The notes below the pieces were generated by a model. That model was given only the letters and a program-made list of their open reading frames with translations, ran no database searches and was not told where the DNA came from. Below are positions 48,101 to 53,859 of a DNA stretch of 53,859 nucleotides, one piece after another; position 1 is the first letter of the stretch, and each line of letters starts with the position of its first letter. The translations under genes and the position numbers were made by a program. The stretch comes from a virus (lineage: Duplodnaviria > Caudoviricetes): the IMG/VR virus record IMGVR_UViG_3300030106_005380, positions 1 through 53,859 of that record. One strand, 5' to 3'.

Positions 48101-51100
48101 AGTTGGCAGGTCAGCTTCAGCCACTGCATCAATGTCAGTTTGTATGACCTCTACTTCATAATCTATTATTCCTAGAGTCTCTGCATTCGTTGCACCTATC
48201 TCCATTCCCTTCTCCACGCTACTCAACTCCATGGATGGCAATGAAATGTAATTTTCAGGATCAGCGTTAGGAACTATTCTTATTTCGTATTTAGGTAAAG
48301 ATGGTTGATCAAGTTCTGCATCGGCAACCCCTGAGGTAATTTCACGACCATCTTTTACATTACTATTTATGATGCTGTCGTTGGTTGTCTCGCCATCCAT
48401 TGCAGGCTCGACGTTAGTGTCTACCTTGCCTCTGACCTGTACATCTGCTTCTTGTCTAACTCTTTCAGCTAAATTGTGTGGAAGGATCCTAGCTGCTGAA
48501 GCATTTACCTTCATGCCTCCGTCCTCATCTTGTGTGGCGACTCCTAAATCAACGAGTATTTGTGCATTCTCGCTGCGTGTTGCCTTGCCATCATTTAGAA
48601 TACTTTCAGTCTCTTTAGCTATAAATATGTATCCCTGTATAGCAGACACGGCAGCATCCTTTTGTAAAAGAGTGGCTTCACCGTCTACTTCTAGTGCAGA
48701 AAAAATGTTATTAATATTTTCCTCAGAAAGAATTGCAGCGTCCTCTGCAATCTGATTGCCAACCGCAATGGCATTATAAAGTGCCTCGCCACCAGTAACG
48801 GCTGAATCAAGTATAGCTTCTTGCGTTTCGGGTGAGATGTTTTGATTGGCAAGAATATTGGAAATAGTTCTTCGGGCAATGCCTATATTAATTAGATCAG
48901 CAGCTTTGTTAGCATGGGCAGCAGTAACCGCATTTCTGTTGTCGATTATGTCTACAATATCAGCGTCACCTCGTGCATTTTGTGAGAGTTCTTCTTTTGC
49001 TGTCTCTCCACCTGTAGCTGCTGCATCAACCTTATCTAAATCTTTTTCTATTTGTTTATAGGCTTCAGCAATTTGTTTCCTTTGTTTAAAGTCTGCACCA
49101 AAAGACCTGACCCCCATACTTCCACCCAGCAGGGCGCCTACATAGAAAGAGACAAGTCCACCCTCAGTATATTTCCTGTCAGGATCATACTTGGATCGAG
49201 CATACATGTTCTCCCAGAATGTTTGTGCTACCTCTGTACCGCCCTCTGCGCCTGACTTGATGCCAGCTCCACCAAGCGCAGCCATGAAAGCTCCTTTTTT
49301 AGTGGAGATTAAACTTTGATACGCCTTTTTAGGCATCCACTTTTTAAAGATCGAATGACCTTTTAGTAGCATTATATCAACTATAGAGTCTAAGCCTGCT
49401 ATACCAGCAGCGTGAAGATACATGTCCAATGTCCCTTCTGGACTCATGCCCGCCTCAACCATTTCTCTCACCATGCCTTCAGCCTGTGTTGAGAAGTTTA
49501 CGTTAAAGGCTGCTGCTGCACCTCCTAATTTGTGACCTACCGCATAAGTACCACCTTTGTAGGCTTTAGCGAATACGTAAAGCTGGGCAGCGCCATCAAC
49601 CAATCCATTCCAAGTCTGCATGGCTTTGGAGGTTCTTGCTTTAAAATCAGAAGCCACACTAGTTGGCAATTCCTCATCAAACTTTTTCTCCATGCGTTCA
49701 GCAAACTCTTGCGTCGCTTTGGCGTGATAGTGGTCACCAAATATTCTGTGAGGGATGTACATCATATTCATGACGCTTTTACCTACAGTTTTTAGAAGTC
49801 GGTTCTTAGTATCCTTAAAAAATCCAACATCTTTTCTAGTGACAACAAGGTTTTCTGAAACAAAATCAAGGTGATCTTCTATCAGACCGCCCTCTTTATC
49901 ATCCTGCCATGAGTTATAAGTCTTTTCTTTTATGATTGAGCTGTCACCTAACTCACCATCAATCTTGTATTCAAAGGTAGGCTTGCCTTTCTTCTCATCC
50001 TTAAGGCGTATTGAAAAGCCAAGTCCTGTTCTTTCATCAACGTCTATGTGTTTCCATTCGTACCTTGCTTGCCTTTGTTGTTCTGCAAAATTCTCTTTTA
50101 ATCTTCTTTGTGCGTTCTGTAATGCGCTTAAATTGATATTCTGATCAAACCACTCAACGGTTGGTTTTATATCAAGGAAAGGACCAAACTCTTCTGCGTT
50201 TTGTTGCAGTCTTTTCGCAATGAGTTTCTTCTCGTGGTTTTTAAGTTTAGTGGGATTGTCACGAAGGTTTTCAAACGCCATGCCTGTCCTCATGTCTTCA
50301 TAAGAACCTTTTGTTTGAGGTCGTCTCTTTCCTTCTGCAAATCCATAAGGTGAATCTGCATCTTTACCCATTAAAAGATAAGAGTGTAACTGTGAGGACC
50401 ACTGTACATTATCCAAATCAGCCAATAGCTGTTTATATATGTATCTTAATGAATATTGTTTGGCTTCCTCCTGTAAAACTCTTTTGGCGACACTAATGTT
50501 GGAGCCGTCGTATCCAGCTACTCCAACAGGCAGCTTGGGCTTGCCCATATCCGTGCTGCATAAGTCATCAATGTTTTGATAAAGTTTAGTTAAGCTGACG
50601 TCTTCTGGTGAAAGAACTACAGGAACTTTAGCCTGTGCTTCTGGGCTACTTGTTGAGTTTCGGTTCTCCTTGTGAGAAGCGTCTTCAGTAAGCGCATTTT
50701 GTGCCTCCTCGTCCTTTGGATTCTTTTCGGCATGGTGAGAGCTTATTCTGACCTTAGCGTCTTGAGCTGTAATTCCTGAGTTTAAGGATTCACCAATGGC
50801 TTGTACATTTTTTGTCTCTTCGCTTTGATCATCCTTTGGGGGCGTAACCTGTAACTTACCTTCTGTCGTGTTGACGGGCTTTGACTCCTCTGGTCGCTTT
50901 TCTTCATCCTTAGTTCCCTCATTCAAAGGGGTCATATAAAAGATGCCTGCGGGACCAATGTTTTTATAGAGACTGCCTTTATCCTTGTAACCTTCAAGGC
51001 TTTCCAAGGATTCCATCAGATTACCAGTGTAAGGTCTGGTTTTTAGATAGTTAGTGTATCGACCCTGTAAGATGTTCTGATATTCACTTTCAGTCTTATC

Positions 51101-51895
51101 AGAATCTAGTCTGGCTTGCTCCTCTATTAACGCTGCTAATTTTGTTTCATCTTCTACACGAGCAGGGATTTTCTTGCGTGTATTATTGTAGCCTGTAACA
51201 GTTTTCTTCTTATGCTCAATGAGCCTTTCCTGTTTAGAAATTTCAGCTCGTTGTTTATCGATGTTGTAAGTCTTATCTTCTAGCTCTTTCTGCTGGTTAA
51301 GTTCAACAGCGTTTGATTGCTCAATAGCTTTTTTTTGCTGTTGTTCAAAATACTTTTCTTTATTGGTTCCTATAACATGCTTTCTGCCATCTTTGAGAGT
51401 AATATAAGCCTCTCCAGTTTTTGGATCAGTTTTGTAGTTACCAGTCTTGAGGGGATCTTTATATTTGTATTTTAGTTTTCGATCACGAAATACTTCTGAG
51501 GCAACGCCAAACTCATCAATATCAAAACCTTGAGATTCCCACTCTTTAGTTTGGTTCATGTACGGCTTGTATTTACCGTTTTCCAAATACCAGTGATCAA
51601 CATCACTAGGATCTAAATTATTGTCTCTTATCCATTTTTTCTGAGCTTGTACATTTCGTTTTTTATTATCAGCCTCAATCTTCTTTTGCTCTGCTGCTCT
51701 ACGGGCTTCGTCAGCTCTTTGTTTAGCCAGTTGCTTCTCTTGCCAAATCAAGTTGGCTTGGTTAGCCATATCCCACTGCTCACGCCTTTTACGGCTTTTA
51801 GTTGGCGTTGAAAAGGGGTTGTTAGTCCTAGTCCCATCATACCCAATACCAGTGTCTTTTCTTTCTCCAAATGGGTTCTTTTTAGGTCTAGCCAT
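36152..51895 (-). CDS. Giant polyvalent protein (5247 aa), probably virion-packaged and ejected
   Basis: Contains HEFMH...EEALAN zincin, IEDFGQKIGGAKKD and FGFRGVEFGN...LAHEWFH (LPD5/LPD1-like), NGRHR ParB-like, WHGT...WF...DGVII...YSVFESEQIK (ART-PolyVal-like) and FHMR...EEIQSD segments, plus Gly/Ala-rich membrane-like helices. Confidence 0.88.
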   Translation of the reverse strand: MARPKKNPFGERKDTGIGYDGTRTNNPFSTPTKSRKRREQWDMANQANLIWQEKQLAKQRADEARRAAEQKKIEADNKKRNVQAQKKWIRDNNLDPSDVDHWYLENGKYKPYMNQTKEWESQGFDIDEFGVASEVFRDRKLKYKYKDPLKTGNYKTDPKTGEAYITLKDGRKHVIGTNKEKYFEQQQKKAIEQSNAVELNQQKELEDKTYNIDKQRAEISKQERLIEHKKKTVTGYNNTRKKIPARVEDETKLAALIEEQARLDSDKTESEYQNILQGRYTNYLKTRPYTGNLMESLESLEGYKDKGSLYKNIGPAGIFYMTPLNEGTKDEEKRPEESKPVNTTEGKLQVTPPKDDQSEETKNVQAIGESLNSGITAQDAKVRISSHHAEKNPKDEEAQNALTEDASHKENRNSTSSPEAQAKVPVVLSPEDVSLTKLYQNIDDLCSTDMGKPKLPVGVAGYDGSNISVAKRVLQEEAKQYSLRYIYKQLLADLDNVQWSSQLHSYLLMGKDADSPYGFAEGKRRPQTKGSYEDMRTGMAFENLRDNPTKLKNHEKKLIAKRLQQNAEEFGPFLDIKPTVEWFDQNINLSALQNAQRRLKENFAEQQRQARYEWKHIDVDERTGLGFSIRLKDEKKGKPTFEYKIDGELGDSSIIKEKTYNSWQDDKEGGLIEDHLDFVSENLVVTRKDVGFFKDTKNRLLKTVGKSVMNMMYIPHRIFGDHYHAKATQEFAERMEKKFDEELPTSVASDFKARTSKAMQTWNGLVDGAAQLYVFAKAYKGGTYAVGHKLGGAAAAFNVNFSTQAEGMVREMVEAGMSPEGTLDMYLHAAGIAGLDSIVDIMLLKGHSIFKKWMPKKAYQSLISTKKGAFMAALGGAGIKSGAEGGTEVAQTFWENMYARSKYDPDRKYTEGGLVSFYVGALLGGSMGVRSFGADFKQRKQIAEAYKQIEKDLDKVDAAATGGETAKEELSQNARGDADIVDIIDNRNAVTAAHANKAADLINIGIARRTISNILANQNISPETQEAILDSAVTGGEALYNAIAVGNQIAEDAAILSEENINNIFSALEVDGEATLLQKDAAVSAIQGYIFIAKETESILNDGKATRSENAQILVDLGVATQDEDGGMKVNASAARILPHNLAERVRQEADVQVRGKVDTNVEPAMDGETTNDSIINSNVKDGREITSGVADAELDQPSLPKYEIRIVPNADPENYISLPSMELSSVEKGMEIGATNAETLGIIDYEVEVIQTDIDAVAEADLPTIDLKEGKKVEPEKESAEKDTEEQTEKVDEDLTTEQTETLEQERDEQEVAQETAQEEREAVEDEAGIRQVTRTGEFGTERPGTGEFRQDTPTGQNRSGAVDILDDQQTTQTPQGNVQEDINDPATFTGTEENIRQRTEEKEEEESIQEPTTPDEEGVLTPTVETPVGRPRRTAPLVEFYEQDPVVAAIIDEGGLLSSSQAEKQNKEKYKKNQSLWDDKPDITNPVFNSIYSETGMYPDQMMRALVGQGLFGEYDSVSKMYDAIERAMNSAKNTAAGQKTLEEEGSKEERLASLPTKLKTSPKKQIQLVDRLNKSQPEAQQFVPVDVTDVDGRINLPLVFALEQRTGRRIILMEPADKADQGQRMSGLVSEGTIFINLDGYRDPVATLGHEFMHTLRKTNPDLYAKYKAAVKKNARFYPELVSTVVGQYHGVYDGDFSVIEEEALANIAGDMFMDKRFWDKFLPKEPKLSERAVRSFVDFIDGLRNKFRRTPRKGRKWEAVDAISGLDEVRSVLADAITQSQNYDRTVGSGKTFPVLGDLKVYALDPDQGTFNFSNAPARRGIKRVQQQFFNFQSKKKESPTLPVGEPQLPKTKEKIEDFGQKIGGAKKDIYADYLEKMESFVGDDANITMAKDFPMPNYKQLAKEGVSIETLASIAAIRDSIPAKPKGKFKLRNWAETFRTLREIATQLLTEPDSEVANAWKELLSHEAGILKDIKSYSFVRRTPTQEDYDLRKKVGIAPANGVNTQLGKIASKTMLYRALGLPDFTKAKKWSIGYFRNVNYDKQGEPLDKPTNAYVAKYNKRAKITAPKSFKTDPQEAIMEIADQIKRVMKTEPDPDKEDRRRKPYGVYQSRLDKSIYIARKVSRRIIRLKDGFETVSDAHAYLRDNFDEIEQLFNEKKNVKLRREENRPREGERLRRPNENIDPDQFMSRFGFRGVEFGNYVENKRRQQNLNETYDALNDLASVLNIPTEALSLDGTLALAFGARGSGGKRAAAAHYEPIKIAINLTKKRGAGSLAHEWFHGLDNYYSKLNEKDKTDVGASGYITEYITSHSKPIAQYVSDDVIDAFVDLMRKIRSSDFKKRAEKFDEARTEDYYSTNIELAARAFEGYVVNKLAGTGISNDFLANIDPTGGAYPTQQEQKEIFTPHFDYLFSQMTYRKTDRGTKLFALDPETKRGIINRISPRGTPSEDSQFVEVNVKDFDKLFKKNTGLYIGKGGEGGVAFPEKSVERKTKKRGFAFPANRYEAFKEYLETDLPIGASEARIKSNSKGELSVQFINGRHRYAVLRDLGLRSIKMHISADAEALKKAEDVGLISEELITQEPARTYGPKEIEDAIKKSPTKRFAIDPETDAEYLRLAEDPDNNYWNLTKLLDRAAENAGYKYKGWHGTPDGRFLDSDPVFRPKEWADTAVHWFAKDYNTATTYADDTRAFDFQNAEPRTDYYYIKIDDPYMVDGKGAKWRSAQGAGRTRNVIEKALKEGKDGVIIENVRDNYQTGVVRGDKPTTTYSVFESEQIKKADPVTYDNEGNVIPLSERFDPEREDIRFALDPDTEPFYSGVVSAIKNKFPEKASIDQALAFFKPGKTAGVKKAEVDWMGLEQWILDHNNQYQKGTIKKADLYDFASLNQMRIGVAELNENSVMYSDWRQKGGENYKEFVFYLYDPASDEADQEVIYTPQHFGGIKKNILFHMRTSDRIAENGDKYLFIEEIQSDYATDYRQDAGFRQQIKDFGIEIDNLIRTADAVGKEGIRSMGKKAYREHFKRHEVAVKALIDVLGEWDKTSGIREARADEMSEREQRGRVESRGDRDSSTYDAVRWLRAGLESEKNHVEALQSLSPEEIEKLKLIPTAERFIEVINSDNDYVNMLRTRTSNVQVTGLSRPQTVTSVIRTLLSTKKLYSRLESSLEFNASQDKEMGGIAPPTLEEIYQTIDPKIIPSYEEFLTSLQLFPDFSGGLASLTGGAIDAFDRQIGAIYQKAEGMEDIATGGFTATNIPYLPILNTWYEAALKHAIRLAVKNDFDGLAWATGNMQVKLYKDRLRQNVKAIKYTKQEDGKVYLKAVSVEGDPLDVGSVPLTGKLSDPDSRLHNKSLENIVGKKVADSIRSSKEDEGTYSGDDLSIGGQLHRMLYDVAAPSFLTGKKGYLKKFNAKLESKPLLFDTAYQIPAPEVKRLYNETATGRVKASALAMRDGEFDEHKEYNRLRMKLLDYKTDLYSMINPFGGVSRINFDDISELTQEIADYWKTVWSRFRITEDSSSQDAQNFSPLHRKFKILADDLDLYDHVSNIPSFVEYRMGSQPFSLAETATDFDFDEKIKDKQNLVSILYSYIPFDDRKGYQEEFDKLISEANENPTYGIRVPYEDTGLGERKYAPIFYKENFSEMMGKKFSGLVSARLPYRGMEKANKSEQALGGFVSAAIENNPKSLLKFVEQLDLMFETGGSFDYAVPYQKLSTYFDQINQFLQTLDNTELKYAEGFDPTHAIKFTPEMKGQLPYVPPLFALDPVEGKKLAAVKGKGEFTKALDRAPSEAILSAYDHIPATDENKDRLYALADKVEETLQPVNDDNPITSDFKTKLAEQVSTLIKDGQPKQIVEDLINERRRLENYKGHPDLLAMVEDREYAEAVMRRPKAVEKTKRQQNFINLYNRHKGNPKSSYFKAASKALEKDFGKNWKTIAEGVMPAAGDTRYALDPDNLEQDYKAKKAQQDKATAELLKTAQKVKEAKKEERAKKRKDNLTEMSRWRRRFFQGKYDFLDFMSGLYGGSGTAGSTLRDAEYNVAKVKAAVNEYSERLSRELKKRVGVPFWRILKKAKRLKEFSAELHTTAARLNVESVNPDADITENQFTFRGFDARMGFIPKYEADAMNLSKGSYMTEESEGNTHTLKLGDYIPEMDGYLLVQHFTAEDQQRLFNDFIAKYPDLGIFLVRFINPLFGNATYTSSSGIKTPIFNRESLKQAFGDTELGDPGFVEGYTPDVAIATILGGAAVKAREALEKDQFKKRLGAFTLNTSGARRVKTGAAREKGQTLNIFEGFDIRALESHLERTSRNNAFKLIEAATKPIPKDGSLPEGHVELSKKTINDILKGMLLVMSDKSARGTSLNKFWQEAVQNPELSTYQEKVLFNENESNYDEREQKILEFLFGDKKASRFIGQDRMMDRPTYEALIDNLSARHSKADQFGRVIQGLLGQVISGFLTAPATILFNWLAPNMQAGLAGMYRINKAAIYLATGAANPQDRRRAEYELRAGLQTLKGLATRRLSNYSGIDTFLTGDDYIRGKLTDEDYDKGALKLLAEGQIGKAIKAATDRRTKYNEIIPREKFDNNTLVSGIERKEPKDSLVKDLLNLKGGSAVLKIAQFHEMDPTVKQNLMYASYKAHAQMAYNDAVRKAKAEGRKIDVPKKKWIRDWMKGVKDTDAIHDEAYGTAMLFAFDYSNIPMWLDSKHPLMQAAKPALIPFSNFIYNYGKLLTKTTPVGLVPELLTSKGKKDKMGGAEWRNAASGFSLYAMGTLLWRLLGEEDDEKSKLEAGKVGTNMDINDEYIKRFWLMSGGKLNLDEMPSIFGDKITNAVRGYLEAYGAEEAAGQELWLRGRALPYLNILATQDLWIDAISKERDEDEQLNIRDTLGETMDMAMEFIPRGPVMALFTENKYDENKTQPEEYADFTFDIISSRTLIPAPYWRFLQRVTDPIQRRRYPSEPFDFNMTSTDQFLNAWKRNIPLLSKTVMPAGSLKTLDLDDTTEVSKGEFVKTTSFDHAMLQRADVRSDLMQLQSMGIDLSGSTLVDDDKDGTIVIKYPDPATLRIVKPAQRLLDMTLRIEVMPTIERALAQTGMESFKDMDRLINKAVENPLTLDKKEAKAINEWSIYTQSPAYHDSIRSMIKAEGKVADRLQKDNKIDGIPKDSKPDFLRKVVENMSRDQYGNLVNMADNRPISLELSKTWEVAPLIDDAGDNPMNYMLINKKESTAYKRMRPYTSEGFEVPEDVEEVLAK

Positions 51896-51902
51896 ATCAA
51901 TA

Positions 51903-51928
51903 AGAGTCTACTATAAAAGGTTGAGTCA
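51903..51928. promoter_or_regulatory. Operator-family variant upstream of the giant gene
   Basis: AGAGTC-N14-GAGTCA filling the 38-nt intergenic gap. Confidence 0.5.
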
Positions 51929-51933
51929 TGCCA

Positions 51934-52383
51934 CTAGCAAAATACTCGGTCAGGAGCGTTTGCAGGGCGGGGGACAGGTTGTTCAATCCATGCCTCGTCT
52001 TCTGGTGTATCTGGGTCATCGGCCTCAAATTCGCCATCATCGTTTCTTGCACGGACTCTCTCAGTCATTTGGCTATGCCAAACTACAAAGTCTTCAGCAG
52101 GGGATAGATCCCTGTCAGCCATATCACGAAACAATACCCACCATGCTTCATCACTTTCCATGATTTTGTGATCATGCACTGTGCCGTCTTCGTCTCTCCA
52201 TTCTTCTGTTTTACCTGTCTCTGTCCAGTGTTCTCCAATGACTGTAAAAACATAGTCATCGCCTTGAGTGATTATGTTTACTTTCTCTTCACCTTCTTCT
52301 TCAACAACAGAAGTAAAGCCGTTGTCCTCTGCGAAAGTAACGGCTTGTTCTTTTGAATCGAATTTTAAAAGTATGTCTTTCAT
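51934..52383 (-). CDS. Acidic fibre-associated protein
   Basis: 149 aa; follows the fibre gene; LLKFDSKEQA...PANAPDRVF pattern. Confidence 0.65.
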   Translation of the reverse strand: MKDILLKFDSKEQAVTFAEDNGFTSVVEEEGEEKVNIITQGDDYVFTVIGEHWTETGKTEEWRDEDGTVHDHKIMESDEAWWVLFRDMADRDLSPAEDFVVWHSQMTERVRARNDDGEFEADDPDTPEDEAWIEQPVPRPANAPDRVFC

Positions 52384-52751
52384 TAGTCGGCAAGTGGTGG
52401 GTCTTCTTCATCGGCATTGTCCTCGTCATCACTGTCCTCATCGTTGTCTTCTACCATAGGATCTGGAGGGTAAACCCAGTCTTCTGGAAGCTCATCCACC
52501 AACTCATCGTTATCATTTAGAAGGGCTTCATCAGGAATGCTTACGTGTTCTTCTTCTGTTTCCTCGTCTGTCCAAGTGTTCTTCTGTATCTCAATAAATG
52601 CACGAGGATCTTCTTCGGCTGCCTCTTCACTCCATCCCCACCAATACTTCGTGCCACTTCCTGTAGACCAAAATGAGGTGTTCTTTTGTTGTGCTGCCTG
52701 TTCGCTTCGAGCTTGTGCTTCTTCTTTGCTGTCAAATATTAGATATGCCAT
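52383..52751 (-). CDS. Acidic fibre-associated protein
   Basis: 122 aa; YLIFDSKEEA...TKYWW...LVDELPEDW. Confidence 0.65.
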   Translation of the reverse strand: MAYLIFDSKEEAQARSEQAAQQKNTSFWSTGSGTKYWWGWSEEAAEEDPRAFIEIQKNTWTDEETEEEHVSIPDEALLNDNDELVDELPEDWVYPPDPMVEDNDEDSDDEDNADEEDPPLAD

Positions 52752-52756
52752 GTTTT

Positions 52757-53859
52757 TTAATAAATGTTATAGTGAGTGTTTATGTTGGATTCGATGCCTG
52801 ACTGGTTGCTGTGTTGGTCTGAGTCATACCAGATCCATTCAGAAAACTTGGTGTTTTTAAGGTTCCAATTAGAATCAGCGGTACTAGCATATTGACTCAT
52901 AGTAAAAGTAGGCCAGTTTGTTGTAGAAGCACTTCGATGGTATACGAGCTTACGTCCTGTCAAATGACCTTCAATATCATCTCTGTTACTGAAAGACTTA
53001 TTATCCCCATTTACCTCCAACGCAGGGCTTCCATAATTGTTTGTTGTTTGCGTTGAAGTGCTATTATCATTTGCTACAAACCCATAATAAGATCCAGAAG
53101 AAGATGATGGGTATATGAACTGAGTGTCTGATGTATCGTGAACAAAGAATGCGTCAAGATGCGCTATTCCAGTCATACCTTGTATATCCATGTATCTCTG
53201 AGGATTACTTACTGGATACTCCCAAGCAGGATGTCCACCTGACTTGATTAAGTCACCTCCGCTAACGATTTGACATTGATGAGCAGCAGTCGCTTGAAGG
53301 GCATGGGAATTATTTCCGCTCTGATCAAAAAGTTTAGTTACATAACCTGCGGTTCCGACTTCTCTTACTGTAATATTATCGTAATAAGTTTTGTCATCCT
53401 TGGTGGTGTAAGCATACAACCTGATTTGGTTTTGAGTTGGTTGCACGATTTTACTATACGTAGTCATTGTGTTGGTAGCATTGAACTGACCAAACGCATA
53501 CGAGTAGTTAGCTCCATCAGACATATATAATCTTGCTGCTCCGCTCCCTGATGTACTATCAGTTCTCATGTCTACGCTTATCTCGTAGTATTTGCCAACT
53601 GTTACATCAACGTGTGTTCGAGCATCAGAAGTTCCTTGAGAACCATCCAGTATAGCCTCACCATTTACTATAGATGTGTAACTTGGATTCGTTATATTAT
53701 ACCAACCACTAGAACTATCACCACCCCACGTATTCATGTCAGTGTTGAACTCACTCTTGTGGTTGTAAATTTCAAAATGCCTCAACATATTCTGCTCGAT
53801 GGGGAACCGCTTGGTATCCATGTCAGCAGGGAATAGAACTACCTCAGAATACTTACCAG
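52757..53859 (-). CDS. C-terminal part of the tail fibre/spike protein (open to right edge)
   Basis: The frame stays open beyond the track's Met (GKYSEVVLFPADMDTK...); contains YDNITVRE, LFDQSGN and IESNINTHYNIY; same module types as 1-4549. Confidence 0.85.
   Translation of the reverse strand, partial: GKYSEVVLFPADMDTKRFPIEQNMLRHFEIYNHKSEFNTDMNTWGGDSSSGWYNITNPSYTSIVNGEAILDGSQGTSDARTHVDVTVGKYYEISVDMRTDSTSGSGAARLYMSDGANYSYAFGQFNATNTMTTYSKIVQPTQNQIRLYAYTTKDDKTYYDNITVREVGTAGYVTKLFDQSGNNSHALQATAAHQCQIVSGGDLIKSGGHPAWEYPVSNPQRYMDIQGMTGIAHLDAFFVHDTSDTQFIYPSSSSGSYYGFVANDNSTSTQTTNNYGSPALEVNGDNKSFSNRDDIEGHLTGRKLVYHRSASTTNWPTFTMSQYASTADSNWNLKNTKFSEWIWYDSDQHSNQSGIESNINTHYNIY

Noticed and set aside
36152-51895. 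Virion RNA polymerase (N4/crAss-like) or DarB helicase-methylase
   Set aside because: I found no polymerase catalytic motifs, SNF2 helicase motifs or MTase motifs in the translation; a divergent domain cannot be excluded without HMM or structure searches.
36894-52163. Many short ORFs antisense or out of frame within the giant gene, and likewise within MCP, terL, portal, dnaB and int
   Set aside because: Shadow ORFs of long genes, with no motifs or initiation signals.
1-53859. Diversity-generating retroelement or retron acting on the fibre
   Set aside because: No reverse transcriptase ORF was recognised, and no template/variable repeat pair was seen by eye.
1-53859. Stop-codon reassignment
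   Set aside because: Long genes read uninterrupted in the standard code, and TAA, TAG and TGA all end genes. The apparent coding gap at 1-4549 is an edge effect.

Overview
This window is an almost complete, circularly permuted genome of a temperate tailed dsDNA phage, probably aquatic. It looks podovirus-like because I see no tape measure or sheath gene. One very large tail fibre/spike gene runs off the left edge (1-4549, -) and appears to resume at the right edge (52757-53859, -). The modules are: an early accessory gene array with a DNA methyltransferase (5.8-10.5 kb); lambda-style replication genes (initiator, DnaB, DEDDh exonuclease; 10.6-14.5 kb); a tyrosine integrase with an intact attP carrying the 3' 26 nt of a tRNA-Asp, and an RHH-type regulator (14.9-16.8 kb); head and neck genes (16.9-22.9 kb); TerL and small basic proteins (23-25.7 kb); a portal-lysis operon (27.2-32.8 kb); TerS-like, Sak and SSB genes (33-36 kb); and a 5247-aa polyvalent protein. 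The most notable non-obvious signals are: (1) a candidate type II hammerhead ribozyme between two early genes; (2) a genome-wide TGAGTC-N15-GACTCA operator-like motif in nearly every operon-leading intergenic gap; (3) six [FY]A[LI]DP linkers, partly conserved at DNA level, that divide the giant protein into toxin, peptidase and ParB-like modules; (4) an unassigned multi-stem RNA after ssb; and (5) nested domains in the fibre. All family calls come from reading motifs by eye, not from database searches.
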